Under the pieces are notes generated by a model. It was not told the DNA's origin. It did not search any database and saw nothing but the letters and a program-made list of their open reading frames with translations. From an uncultured virus (IMG/VR IMGVR_UViG_3300025502_000006) (lineage: Duplodnaviria; Heunggongvirae; Uroviricota; Caudoviricetes), in the IMG/VR virus record IMGVR_UViG_3300025502_000006: 64,000 nt of DNA. One strand, given 5' to 3'. Both the position numbers and the translations under genes were made by a program. Positions within the stretch are counted from its first letter, which is position 1, and the number at the start of each line of letters is the position of its first letter. This document shows, piece after piece, positions 30,556-40,657 of the stretch.

Positions 30556-31297
30556 AAATTGTCACCTTTTTTCGCGTCGATAAACACTTTTAGGGTACGG
30601 TCTGCATCTTGCAAACTATATCTAATGCTTTCATTTTTGTCAAGATAGTGAACATACGAACGACCTTTTTGATCTATCACCTCAAATCGAGTCACATTGT
30701 TCATTGCCTCTAGTTCTTTGACTTTATCTCTTAGGTCGTATATCTCTTGCGGTGTCCAGTCAGCATCACAGGCACATTCAGATTGGCTGTAAGCGGCACA
30801 GGTACAACCGTAACCATCACTCATTTTTTCACCTTTGCGATGTATTCCGTGGTGGGAGGCTCTATCGCGATAAGCTCTAGCATAGAAATCGCTCTGGACA
30901 ATATACGGTAAATCGGAGAAATATTAATATTCCCAGATTCGCCTACTATACCAGAAAAATCAATCTTAATGCCGTTATTGCAGATTATAGCCGGCGCAGA
31001 TTTAACTGTGAATTCACCAGCCTTTGCAAATCTGAATTCGCCAACCTTTGCAATTTCTATTTCTTTGGTGTCAGTCATCTACTGAAACCAAAGCCAAGTG
31101 CCGTGTACCCATGCTATCGGAAACAAGATGGCTCCTGCAATGAGGAATCCCCATGAACCTGCAATAAAGCACGAGATTACATGAGTAAACCAGGCGGCTA
31201 TCGCCCAAAGTATTATTAATATTAATGGCATAATGTATTTTCCTTATTAGTAAAGTTATAGATTAGCACACAGATGCCCCAATGTCAATCTTTAATG

Positions 31298-31951
31298 TTA
31301 ATCCCAAAGTGATTCGAAGTAGACTCCGAACAGTCGGAATCCATTGCTGATGCGTTTTTGGTATTTGTCGCGAGCAACACGATCAACTTTAAAAGTGTGA
31401 TTGGGCCCATGAGTCATTTCACTATGTCCATTACCGCAAGGCACCCAGACAATATCCATTTCGCCTGATTGGAACTGCTCTTCCCAATCTTCATCTACTT
31501 TGCTTTGAAATGCAAAGATCATTTCATCCATAACCCACTCCCAACGAGCAAAGTGATTATTGTCTAGGTGACCAGTTGAACTGGCCTCTGTCGTTTGCTT
31601 CTTAGTAGCACGAAGTTCTTTGGGAACATCTTTCATGTCTACCATAGGTCCACCGTGATTATCTTTTTTGAGTTGCACTAACATAGGCAATATAATAAGA
31701 GCAACAGTGTGATCCATACTCCAAGTATCCCACGGATCAATGCGAACCATTACACGCTGTTCTAAACGGTCTAGTACTAGGTTACCTGTCCAGTTATAAA
31801 CAGTTTGTAATATACCTTCGAGGTATTCTAGTGCATGATCGGTGAAAGTAATATTCTCATTATCACACATGAATCCATATTTCTTCTCCATATGCCGAGT
31901 GTGTATATTGCTAATCCAACGACTAGGGTACTGTCCGATTTTAACTTGCAT
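31298..31951 (-). CDS. conserved-looking phage hypothetical protein
   Basis: 217 aa; IDPWDTWSMD...W.WVMDEMIFAF...GFRLFG.YFESLWD. Confidence 0.8.
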   Translation of the reverse strand: MQVKIGQYPSRWISNIHTRHMEKKYGFMCDNENITFTDHALEYLEGILQTVYNWTGNLVLDRLEQRVMVRIDPWDTWSMDHTVALIILPMLVQLKKDNHGGPMVDMKDVPKELRATKKQTTEASSTGHLDNNHFARWEWVMDEMIFAFQSKVDEDWEEQFQSGEMDIVWVPCGNGHSEMTHGPNHTFKVDRVARDKYQKRISNGFRLFGVYFESLWD

Positions 31952-32381
31952 TATTATTCCTCATAGTTTGTTGGCCCTTATCTTGTTGGGCAATTGCTCT
32001 CGCATCATGTAATGCATTGTGGGGTACCGCGCTATTGTCGCTACTTAAATCTCGACGCATCTCCATAACGATTGTCGGAAAGTTTAAACATTCGCCTGGT
32101 CCAGTTATCAATGCTTCGCAGAAGTGGTGAATATCTTCGGGCCAATCTGCTATTAGATGAATATAGTTATACCGATGCAGAAACATATACAAGCGGTGTT
32201 GAAAAATATTTATAGGTATAGGTTCTTTTAGTAAGCATGTCATAACATGCTGGGCGACCCAACTGCTAGGATTTGCGCACTCTAATACTTCGTAAAATTC
32301 GGTGCCATCTTCAGCTACCAATGCCATCGAGATTAAATCACCTCTAAAGTCGTTAAATTCTGTATCAATGTAAATTCTCAT
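31941..32381 (-). CDS. DEDDh 3'-5' exonuclease (Rv2179c-like)
   Basis: YIDTEF, LISMALV, HNALHDA. Confidence 0.85.
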   Translation of the reverse strand: MRIYIDTEFNDFRGDLISMALVAEDGTEFYEVLECANPSSWVAQHVMTCLLKEPIPINIFQHRLYMFLHRYNYIHLIADWPEDIHHFCEALITGPGECLNFPTIVMEMRRDLSSDNSAVPHNALHDARAIAQQDKGQQTMRNNNAS

Positions 32382-32726
32382 TCTGTATTCCATCTCAATG
32401 CAAACCAAACCGCATCCTGTTGTTTTTTAAAATAAAAATCAGTTGACTGGTGACTACAAACTACATGCCACTTGTTTTTAAACACACTACCTAACCAAAT
32501 TTCTATTTGATCCACATCTACTGTTTTAAGTGAGACCTTATGTGGCCAGACTGATTTTTTTAATTGTCTCATTATTAATCATATCATTCCTAATACTATC
32601 AACACTTTCTCGATAACTAAATAGAAAGACCAGAAGGGAATGACCAGTGCAAAACATGTACTCCAAAATCCCTTCGCAATAACAACGCCTGCTATCCAAA
32701 TACATACGTATATGAAGCCAAATAAG

Positions 32727-33104
32727 TTATTCATTGGATCTATGCTCCAATTCATTTAACATTGCTGTCTTCATCTGAGGATACATACCACTCTGCGTAT
32801 CAATACACGCTTGTATGTGATCGGTGTCCATCTCAGATAGTTTAATTCGTCTTAATGGTTGGTCACCGTTGATGCCGTAACTTCCCCAAGTCATTGCTTC
32901 ACGAACTTTCTCATGTCCATCTTCCAAAGTAACCGTTAAATATTCCTCGTCTCCGTTACCACTGGATCGCACGTAATCAAACCCGCCGTCAATCATATAC
33001 TCGTTGCCATTGGCGTCAATATATGTCTTGTAGTCATGTCGGAAAAAACTTTCTAATATCGTTCCGTCTGGGGTACGTAATGCATTGCTAACCATAGATC
33101 CCAT
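32727..33104 (-). CDS. hypothetical protein, paralogue of 25545-25991
   Basis: Shared motifs listed for 25545-25991; GAGG SD. Confidence 0.8.
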   Translation of the reverse strand: MGSMVSNALRTPDGTILESFFRHDYKTYIDANGNEYMIDGGFDYVRSSGNGDEEYLTVTLEDGHEKVREAMTWGSYGINGDQPLRRIKLSEMDTDHIQACIDTQSGMYPQMKTAMLNELEHRSNE

Positions 33105-33138
33105 GGTGCTAACCTCTTTTAGTTAAGTTAAATTATAA

Positions 33139-33300
33139 TGGTGTCCTAACGAGCTTCTACAAGTCGGGACACCAACTCTCCACCGCTTCGGACTAACGCA
33201 CCCAAGTATACGGACTACTGTCATCGTATCCCTATTTGGAGATAACTAACCTCCTTCTCGTCGTAGAGGGGATAAGCAACTACTAGTCTCGGTTAGAGAC
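33139..33300 (-). ncRNA. candidate structured RNA, family unknown
   Basis: Intergenic, more GC-rich than its flanks, several stems and complementary loops; strand inferred from neighbours. Confidence 0.4.
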
Positions 33301-33308
33301 ACGTTCTG

Positions 33309-33656
33309 TTAATCTATATCTTTATATAAAACCCGAGTAACGTTTTTAACAACGAAACTGCGCCAACCTTTAGCATTGACATCATAAACTACTAAAGTGT
33401 TAGTAGGATTTTTAAGTGTTTTTGTGGGTTTTTCTTCTCCCTCTTTAACTACTTTTACTGGTAAGATTTCAGGATCAAGTGTACAGGTCATTACTCGTAT
33501 ATCACCATCAAGTTTAGTGAAGGTTATTTCCGCAGTTTTAGTGAGCAAAGCAGTTTGGAGAATTTCTCTGAAGATGATCCAATCAGATTCATCCCAATTT
33601 TTCACTAATACATCTCCGTGCGTATGTTTTTCTATTTGCATTATTGAACAATCCAT
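33309..33656 (-). CDS. WYL_2/SH3-like phage protein
   Basis: ITFTKLDGDIRVMTCTL...VVYDVNAKGWRSF. Confidence 0.8.
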   Translation of the reverse strand: MDCSIMQIEKHTHGDVLVKNWDESDWIIFREILQTALLTKTAEITFTKLDGDIRVMTCTLDPEILPVKVVKEGEEKPTKTLKNPTNTLVVYDVNAKGWRSFVVKNVTRVLYKDID

Positions 33657-33791
33657 GATTTAAAAATTAAGAGGGGAGAACCCTCGATGTTTCAGACGCT
33701 GTGTATAGCAATAGTTAGCAATTTGTCAATTCGCGTCTTGTGTTACGTATTATACTATTTCGTGGGAGTTGAATAAAGCATTTTGGGTAGA

Positions 33792-34364
33792 TTATTTTTT
33801 AGGTTGGGTTCCGTTTCCGTCCAACATACCGATCGTACCGCCTTGTGCCAGTATTCTCTCAACCACATCTTCAAATTCGATAGGTCTCAAGCCTGTCTGT
33901 TCAGCAGACACACACAAGAAGCCAGGATCACGTGCGCCATCTTTCCATACGCTAGTTGCATGTAAATGCCCATGCACGTTGCATCCAAATCTACCCAATT
34001 GAGAAGGGTGAATAGGTATATGGGTAAAGACTAATCCATTAGATACATGACAGCCTCTAATATCATTAAACACCTCTGCGTATTTGTGTAATTTCAAGGT
34101 GTCGTGGTTACCCTTAACGAGAATTTTGATACCATTCATCTGTTTAACTTTATCAAGGCCTTGCTGAGTGAGCGCGATATCACCCAACATGTAGACTTTA
34201 TCAATAGGGCTAACGATTTCGTTGTGCATTTGCACCATTGCGTCTTCCATATCTTCTAATGTATCAAAAGGTCTCAGTTTGGTCCCATCATGATGATCCG
34301 TGAACTTGATAATGTTATTGTGACCAAAATGCAAGTCTGCTATAAAAAACTTTTTCTGATGCAT
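33792..34364 (-). CDS. calcineurin-like phosphoesterase
   Basis: DLHFGH, LGD, GNHD, THIP, HGHLH; start at ATG 34364, downstream of promoter TTGACA-N17-TATACT (34393-34421). Confidence 0.93.
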   Translation of the reverse strand: MHQKKFFIADLHFGHNNIIKFTDHHDGTKLRPFDTLEDMEDAMVQMHNEIVSPIDKVYMLGDIALTQQGLDKVKQMNGIKILVKGNHDTLKLHKYAEVFNDIRGCHVSNGLVFTHIPIHPSQLGRFGCNVHGHLHATSVWKDGARDPGFLCVSAEQTGLRPIEFEDVVERILAQGGTIGMLDGNGTQPKK

Positions 34365-34439
34365 TGTAGTTCCTAATTTATTAATATACCATAGTATATA
34401 CTTTTTTATTCGGTGTGTCAATCCTTAATAAATATAGTT

Positions 34440-35144
34440 ATGAATATAATTATACCAGCGGCTGGGAAAGGGACACGCTTCCAGGGTCATTATGACTCTC
34501 CCAAAAATCTAATCGATGTTAAGGGTGATCCTATGTTGATCGCATCTGCTAAAAGTTTACAGATGTATAACCCCGTAAATACCTTTATCTTTTTAATCCC
34601 AGAAGATGAATCTAGTCCAATGGACAACGCTCTGGGAGCAAGGCTAAAGGCAGAATTCCCAGACTGTAAAGTATTTGTCATAATGGGAGACACTGAAGGT
34701 GCCGCAGATACTTTAATGAGGGCGGCCGACTTGATAAACAACGATGAAGAACTACTTATTGTTAATTCTGATCAAATTATGGAATGGAATTTAGCTGAAA
34801 AGAATTTGGTATTTGAAAAACTAGAGGATTATGATGCAGGAGTTGTTACTGTTAAGAGCGATGATCCCAAGCATAGTTACATCAACCTAGACACAGGTGA
34901 AATAGTAGAAAAAGAAGTAGTTAGCGACCAAGCATTAACTGGTCTGCATTGGTGGAAACATGGTAAAGACTTTGTAAGTTCTGCTAGACTAATGATGCAA
35001 TCTGGCAAAAGATCACTGGGTGAATACTATATCGGACCAGTTTACAATTCATTTAATGGCTCCGCTGGATTCTACGAACTAAAAAGTGATCTCATCAATT
35101 TTATCGGAACACCCGAAGATTTAAAAGCATATCTTGAAAAGTGA
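34440..35144 (+). CDS. sugar-phosphate nucleotidyltransferase family protein
   Basis: MNIIIPAAGKGTRF...PK, TEGAADT, NSDQ, EK, IGTPEDL. Confidence 0.88.
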   Translation: MNIIIPAAGKGTRFQGHYDSPKNLIDVKGDPMLIASAKSLQMYNPVNTFIFLIPEDESSPMDNALGARLKAEFPDCKVFVIMGDTEGAADTLMRAADLINNDEELLIVNSDQIMEWNLAEKNLVFEKLEDYDAGVVTVKSDDPKHSYINLDTGEIVEKEVVSDQALTGLHWWKHGKDFVSSARLMMQSGKRSLGEYYIGPVYNSFNGSAGFYELKSDLINFIGTPEDLKAYLEK

Positions 35145-35461
35145 TCGTAGGGAAACTTAGCGATACACATCGAGGATGGGTTATTGGCGATTTTGAACCT
35201 AGTCTACTAAGAACAAAGGAATTTGAAGTAGGAATTCTAACCCACCTTGAAGGGGAACAATGGGATGCTCACTATCACAAACTTGGAACAGAGTATAACA
35301 TCTTATTATCAGGCTCAATGAATGTGTGCGACACTGAACTAGTCGCAGGTGATACATTTATCATAGAGCCTAATGAGGTAGCTGATCCTACATTTCACAA
35401 AGATTGCACCATCGTGTGCATTAAAACACCAAGCGACACACAGGATAAATATATCATATGA
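35141..35461 (+). CDS. cupin-fold protein
   Basis: GWVIGDFEPS, HYHK..TEYN, GD.F.IEP, K.PS...DKY. Confidence 0.8.
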   Translation: MIVGKLSDTHRGWVIGDFEPSLLRTKEFEVGILTHLEGEQWDAHYHKLGTEYNILLSGSMNVCDTELVAGDTFIIEPNEVADPTFHKDCTIVCIKTPSDTQDKYII

Positions 35462-36183
35462 GTGCAAAATTTGTATTTGATGTTGATGGAGTACTATGTA
35501 ATCGTGGACAAAAGATGGACACTGAATTTCAACACTGGTTAGAAGATTTTTTGCAAGACAAAGATTACTATCTAGTGACTGGATCCCATAGACAAAAGAC
35601 ATGCGACCAAATAGATCAACAACTAACACATGGAGCCAAAATAGGGTTTCATTGTTTAGGTAATTCTATATGGACAAAAAGTGGAGTCGAGGTTGCCATC
35701 AACCAACCCCATTTCACAGACAAGGATCTTGAACACTTAAAAGGTTTTCACCAATCCAGTTTGTTCAATAAAAAACAATCATGGGAAAATGTATTGGAGA
35801 GGAGAAACGGCAGTTACAACTATTCGTTGTGTGCTAGAAACGCCACATCCAAAGAAAGACAAGCATACATGTTACATGACAGCATGTATAAGGAAAGAGA
35901 GAACTTCGTTATTCAATTGAACAACGAATATCCTAGATTTGATTGTTACTTGGGCGGAGATTGCAGTATAGATATTGTACTAAGAGGCGCGAACAAAGGA
36001 CAGATTACTGACTGGCTTGATCTGCATGGAAATGATGACACGATATACTTCTTTGGAGATAGATGCAATGAATATGGCATTGATAAGCCACTAGCAGATA
36101 AAATGATGGCCTGGCCACAATGTGTGGTTTTTGAAGTTGCTGATGGGTACACAGAAACATGGAGAATATTAAAATCCTTATGA
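35458..36183 (+). CDS. HAD IIB phosphomannomutase-like enzyme
   Basis: FVFDVDG, VTGS, GG..SIDI, NK, FFGDR. Confidence 0.85.
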   Translation: MSAKFVFDVDGVLCNRGQKMDTEFQHWLEDFLQDKDYYLVTGSHRQKTCDQIDQQLTHGAKIGFHCLGNSIWTKSGVEVAINQPHFTDKDLEHLKGFHQSSLFNKKQSWENVLERRNGSYNYSLCARNATSKERQAYMLHDSMYKERENFVIQLNNEYPRFDCYLGGDCSIDIVLRGANKGQITDWLDLHGNDDTIYFFGDRCNEYGIDKPLADKMMAWPQCVVFEVADGYTETWRILKSL

Positions 36184-36656
36184 ATGACAATCTAATATAT
36201 ATCGCACATAGAGGTAACATAAACGGACCTAGTAGTATGGAGAACCACCCTGATCATATTAAATATGCACTTACTCAAGGGTTTGACGTAGAAGTCGATG
36301 TTAGAGTCATCGATGGAGTACTATTTCTGGGACACTTCGAACCTCAATATGAAGCACCTCAGGAAATACTAACGAACAATCATGTTTGGTTCCACTGCAA
36401 AAATATAGAAGCATTAAGTTACATGACAGGCAATTTTGGCTTTGATAGAATAAATTATTTCTGGCATGATGTCGATGATTACACGTTGACAAACAAAGGA
36501 CATATCTGGACTAGTCCAGGGTGTGAACTAGCTGATCGTAGTATTATGGTGATGCCAGAAACATACGAAGAAGATTGGTTAGATTACACGTGTAAAGCAA
36601 CATGCTTTGGGGTATGCAGTGACTACGTAGAGTACATCAAAGAAGCAAGGGAGTGA
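36180..36656 (+). CDS. glycerophosphodiester phosphodiesterase-like protein
   Basis: IAHRG, EN, VEVDV, LGH, HCKN, GVCSD. Confidence 0.85.
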   Translation: MNDNLIYIAHRGNINGPSSMENHPDHIKYALTQGFDVEVDVRVIDGVLFLGHFEPQYEAPQEILTNNHVWFHCKNIEALSYMTGNFGFDRINYFWHDVDDYTLTNKGHIWTSPGCELADRSIMVMPETYEEDWLDYTCKATCFGVCSDYVEYIKEARE

Positions 36657-37489
36657 GATTAATAGGCTGTGGTGATAGTTGGTGTTGGGGTGCTGAGTTA
36701 GTAGACCCGATTGAAGAGCCATCACCTATTATGAATTTACCAGGTGGTGGATTCGAAAGACAGTTTAAACCTATTAACATGGAATATAGATTAAAACACA
36801 GATACATCAACCAACTCGCAGAAAAATTAAATGCTGATGAATTAGTAGACTTAAGTGACCCATCATTATCGAATGATGCTATAATAAGAAAATTGATGGA
36901 GTGGCTATCTACCGAAGGATACCTAACTGACAGAGATACTTCTGATTTATTCATCTCGATTGGTTGGACGAGTCCTGAACGCAGAGAGTTCTATTCAAAA
37001 AAACCTTGGAGACACAGTGAGACAGGATTCGATGATCATTTTATTGCATTTGGTCCTTGGAGTATGGATCAAGATCACGAGGACAAAGAATTAGATCAAT
37101 TCTTTCGTTTATACTTTGATAAGTTCTGGTCGGAGACTGAGTTTATTCACAGGCACATCAATCAAGTTTGGCAGATAGAAAAGATATTAAAAAACTACGG
37201 GATCAAATATGTTATGCACCAAGCATTTTATCATCACCATGAAAAGATGATTTATGATTGGGACGATGAAGAATACGAAAAGAATTTCAATAAGATTACA
37301 CCAGGCGACAAAGTATTATGGGAATCACTTGACAGTGATGCATTCATAAGATATACTACCGCATGGCAACATATGTTATCTAAAGGAACTGCCGAAGAAG
37401 TTTTTATCATCTTTTATCCTAGTGCTAACGGACATAAACATTGGGCTGATTACTTGTATCAACATTGCATAGAGAAAAAGTTAATATGA
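36653..37489 (+). CDS. SGNH/GDSL-like protein
   Basis: GDSWCWGAEL, SN, IGWT...R; block V reads YPS..GH. Confidence 0.6.
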   Translation: MRLIGCGDSWCWGAELVDPIEEPSPIMNLPGGGFERQFKPINMEYRLKHRYINQLAEKLNADELVDLSDPSLSNDAIIRKLMEWLSTEGYLTDRDTSDLFISIGWTSPERREFYSKKPWRHSETGFDDHFIAFGPWSMDQDHEDKELDQFFRLYFDKFWSETEFIHRHINQVWQIEKILKNYGIKYVMHQAFYHHHEKMIYDWDDEEYEKNFNKITPGDKVLWESLDSDAFIRYTTAWQHMLSKGTAEEVFIIFYPSANGHKHWADYLYQHCIEKKLI

Positions 37490-37686
37490 AAGCTAAAAAG
37501 AAAATAAAGAAAGGCAAAAACAAACCCGAAGTAGGGGACTATATTGTACACAGAGAATCTGCGATTAATAAAGTCAATGAAGGTAAGATTGTACATATGT
37601 TAGCCATGCAGTTTGTATACGAAACCCCGGCCGGTATTGAACGTTTCTGTTTGTTTTCTGCGGATTGGAATCATATAGAAAAATGA
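37486..37686 (+). CDS. hypothetical protein
   Basis: 66 aa, overlaps both neighbours. Confidence 0.65.
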   Translation: MKAKKKIKKGKNKPEVGDYIVHRESAINKVNEGKIVHMLAMQFVYETPAGIERFCLFSADWNHIEK

Positions 37687-38558
37687 AGTGGAATCACATA
37701 GCGGTGGTGCTACGCGGCCACGTTCGCACATGGCATTTTATTTATCCACTAGTGTTTAAGTTCTACGAATCTATTGCAGAAAATGTAGACTACTATTTTA
37801 TTACATGGGACACTAGCAATACTAATGGGATAGAAGAAACATTTGAAGGGAAAAACTTAATTCATTTTCAAGTGGCACCAAACAACTTTAGCAACGGCGG
37901 TATGGGCGATGATGGCGATGATGGTCAATTTTACAATGGCTGGACTGGACCTGCATTCATGCAAACATTGTTGATGCCGCATATAAAAATACAAGAGAAA
38001 AGGTTAGGCAAAAAATACGATGCATTTTTTGATACTAGACCAGATGTCTTGCCTCAACGTCAGAAAATATTGTACGGAAAACATACAGGTAAAGAACTGT
38101 CTTGTATATTACCAGAACAGGATTCTATATATGTATTGGGAATAGAAATACACAAAAACCAATCACCATTCGATCCACGTGGTGGACAACCAGATGTTGC
38201 TATCAAAGATTGGCTCATCATGTCTCGTGGTAAAGAACTAGAAATAATGGCAAGACGTTATAGCCCCAATGAATTTATATACGAACCTAACCAACAACCA
38301 GGTAGTCAAATAGAGTACAGAGAAATAGCGGAAGGCTATGGCATTACTATATGCACAATAGACTGGATGGTTGCAACTGTGGTGCGACCGAATGCATTTG
38401 AACTTGATTGGAATAAAAGAAATAATTGGGAAGCAATTGATCTGGAATCAAAGAAATGGCCTCACCTAGACAAAGACACTAAAATTGCAGTATGTGAAAA
38501 TTATGGTATTGCAGTCTCAGACTATACAGACACGCACTCAATTACATGTAAGATTTAA
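37683..38558 (+). CDS. putative glycosyltransferase-like protein
   Basis: IAVVLRGHVRT, YFITW, YD..F.TRPD. Confidence 0.55.
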   Translation: MKWNHIAVVLRGHVRTWHFIYPLVFKFYESIAENVDYYFITWDTSNTNGIEETFEGKNLIHFQVAPNNFSNGGMGDDGDDGQFYNGWTGPAFMQTLLMPHIKIQEKRLGKKYDAFFDTRPDVLPQRQKILYGKHTGKELSCILPEQDSIYVLGIEIHKNQSPFDPRGGQPDVAIKDWLIMSRGKELEIMARRYSPNEFIYEPNQQPGSQIEYREIAEGYGITICTIDWMVATVVRPNAFELDWNKRNNWEAIDLESKKWPHLDKDTKIAVCENYGIAVSDYTDTHSITCKI

Positions 38559-38988
38559 GAATCTCTTTCATCAATACAGGTTGTTTTTGTGCTACATCTA
38601 GTTCCCATGGTAACATCAAGTATTCTTTATAGTCTATTTCTGTTAGATCAATTTCATAAGGTACTTTATCCCATATAAATATACCAGCATACGTAATCAT
38701 CAGTCTACCCTCATACATTTGATTAACGTGTATTAGCTCATGCACTAGCGGTATCATCAACTCGTTAACAGATAGGGCTAGACTCAGACGAATAAGATTT
38801 GAACTTGTGTTATCTAATGATGAATCTGCATAAGTGTGAGGGGGCATCTCTACAAACTCTATGGTAAGTTTCTCTGGCAGTTGCATAAGCTCCCCTAAAG
38901 CAACGCAAATACTTTTTGCTATCTTACACTTGTTTTCTTCTGCATCGCATAGGACATTCGTTCGGGGAAATTTAAAATTTAATTGCAT
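38542..38988 (-). CDS. HExxH zinc metallopeptidase-like protein
   Basis: LVHELIHVNQ...Y..LPWE. Confidence 0.8.
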   Translation of the reverse strand: MQLNFKFPRTNVLCDAEENKCKIAKSICVALGELMQLPEKLTIEFVEMPPHTYADSSLDNTSSNLIRLSLALSVNELMIPLVHELIHVNQMYEGRLMITYAGIFIWDKVPYEIDLTEIDYKEYLMLPWELDVAQKQPVLMKEILKSYM

Positions 38989-39015
38989 GCTTGTATTTAC
39001 TCGCTAAATATACAT

Positions 39016-39651
39016 ATGGCCACACTAACAGATTTTATTATTAATTGGGGAGAAATTGTAGAACTTGATTTCCCCAAAATGGATTTGAACAGAATAAGAA
39101 ATGTCTGTGATAACCATCCAGGCTGGAAAGAATACCAGCCACACAAGAAACCTAACAATCGTTACGGATTAAGTGTCACTAGTTTAGATGGTGGATTTAG
39201 TGGTGAGCCAGATTTGTACAGTTTACGAGAATGGGCCAAAATGTATGGGGAAGATTATTTGGAAGGTGATATAGCAACTCGCACAAATGTATGTGCGTTG
39301 TTACCAGAGCTGGACCAGTTTCTAAACTTTTGGGAACCTAATTTAGGCCGCACACATTTCCTCAGATTAGATCAAGGCGGACATTTCCCGCCTCACAGAG
39401 ATAACGGAGCACTAGTTGCAGTGCCTACATTTAGAATTCTTGTGCCAATATACAATTTTGGGCCCAATGATATGAAGTGGATACACGAAGACAAAGTATT
39501 AAAATTAGAATTAGGTGCAACGTATTTTATCAACACCAGTAGACTGCATAGTTTGTTTAGTTTTGTTGATAACTGCTTGATGCTTGTGTTAAACATAAAC
39601 ACTGATGAACATATATTAAAAAGGATGGTAAAGAAAATTGTTGCAATCTAA
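39016..39651 (+). CDS. 2OG-Fe(II) oxygenase (Asp/Asn beta-hydroxylase-like)
   Basis: PPHRD...RILVPI...YFINT..LHS; start at ATG 39016. Confidence 0.75.
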   Translation: MATLTDFIINWGEIVELDFPKMDLNRIRNVCDNHPGWKEYQPHKKPNNRYGLSVTSLDGGFSGEPDLYSLREWAKMYGEDYLEGDIATRTNVCALLPELDQFLNFWEPNLGRTHFLRLDQGGHFPPHRDNGALVAVPTFRILVPIYNFGPNDMKWIHEDKVLKLELGATYFINTSRLHSLFSFVDNCLMLVLNINTDEHILKRMVKKIVAI

Positions 39652-40657
39652 AGCAAACTCATTTTATGAGAACTGGTTAGATACCACTGGACTGTCAGCC
39701 AGTAATGGACAAAATCACAAGTTAAATCTAACTCCTGAATGGTTCTCGGAGATGGTGACATTTAATGACACCAAGTTAGCTAAATGGCGCACGGATGCCG
39801 CTAGAAGATGTCATGCTGAATTGGGACCTTTCCCTGCATTATGTTTTAGTGGTGGTATCGATAGTCAAGCAATGTTACATTGTTTCGCAGAAGCGGATTT
39901 AGAAGCACATGTCATTATATTTACCTTCAAGGATGGATTAAACAAACAAGACTGTGAACATGCTAAACAATACTGTCAAAAATTTGATATTCCGTATAGA
40001 GAAATCGAGTTTGATATTGTTCAGTTCTTGACCAGAGACAATGCATCTATGACTGAGAAATACGGAGGCGTAAGTCCTCATTTTAACACTCATTATAGAT
40101 TTATTGAAATATTAACTCAGTTGGGGTACACTGGTGTCTGTTTCGGTGGAGTTGCCCCTGATAGAAACGTAGGCACATACGGTAAAAATATTGGAAAGGT
40201 GGCATTTCACTGGACTAAGATCGCAGACAAATTTGAAATCGCAGTTTGTGGTAGTTTTTTGAGTTATTCACCCGAATTAGCATGGGCAATATCATTATCT
40301 ACTCCAGACATTCAAAATACCATGTATGATCAAAATTCAACAAAATTAACTCAAATAGATGTACAACTTGAGGTAGAAAAAGAAAGGTATGATGCTAAGT
40401 TGATTGGTTACAGGCGAGTAGGGTTTGATCTTGTCCCTCAAGCGCGAAAATATACAGGGTTTGAATTAGTCAAAGAACATTTTGCTGAAGAAGCTAGTGA
40501 TGGTTGGGCATTCGAGAAACGATTTCGGTATCCACTGACGAGAATGGAGGGTGGCAAGTATAACAGTGATCAACACACTTACAAGATAAGCTTGACAAGC
40601 GAACAACTTACCGCACTAGACAATATCTACTTCAAGCACTTTCCCTCTAGCGATTGA
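39638..40657 (+). CDS. PP-loop (asparagine-synthetase-like) adenine nucleotide alpha hydrolase
   Basis: LCFSGGIDS motif; late K..GFE motif. Confidence 0.7.
   Translation: MLQSKANSFYENWLDTTGLSASNGQNHKLNLTPEWFSEMVTFNDTKLAKWRTDAARRCHAELGPFPALCFSGGIDSQAMLHCFAEADLEAHVIIFTFKDGLNKQDCEHAKQYCQKFDIPYREIEFDIVQFLTRDNASMTEKYGGVSPHFNTHYRFIEILTQLGYTGVCFGGVAPDRNVGTYGKNIGKVAFHWTKIADKFEIAVCGSFLSYSPELAWAISLSTPDIQNTMYDQNSTKLTQIDVQLEVEKERYDAKLIGYRRVGFDLVPQARKYTGFELVKEHFAEEASDGWAFEKRFRYPLTRMEGGKYNSDQHTYKISLTSEQLTALDNIYFKHFPSSD

Larger units (their letters stand above)
21865..33104 (-). other. hypervariable-type block of several dozen small coupled genes
   Basis: Dense co-oriented ORFs with overlapping start/stop codons, internal paralogues and direct repeats. 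Confidence 0.8.

Noticed and set aside
33139..33174. tRNA or tmRNA 3' end (ends ACCA on either strand)
   Set aside because: ACCA is part of an inverted repeat; no T-loop or cloverleaf.
34413..34439. ORF-track N-terminal extensions (also 19761, 34421, 38983, 41548, 46160, 8219)
   Set aside because: They run through promoter motifs; downstream ATGs fit the family N-termini and motif spacing better.
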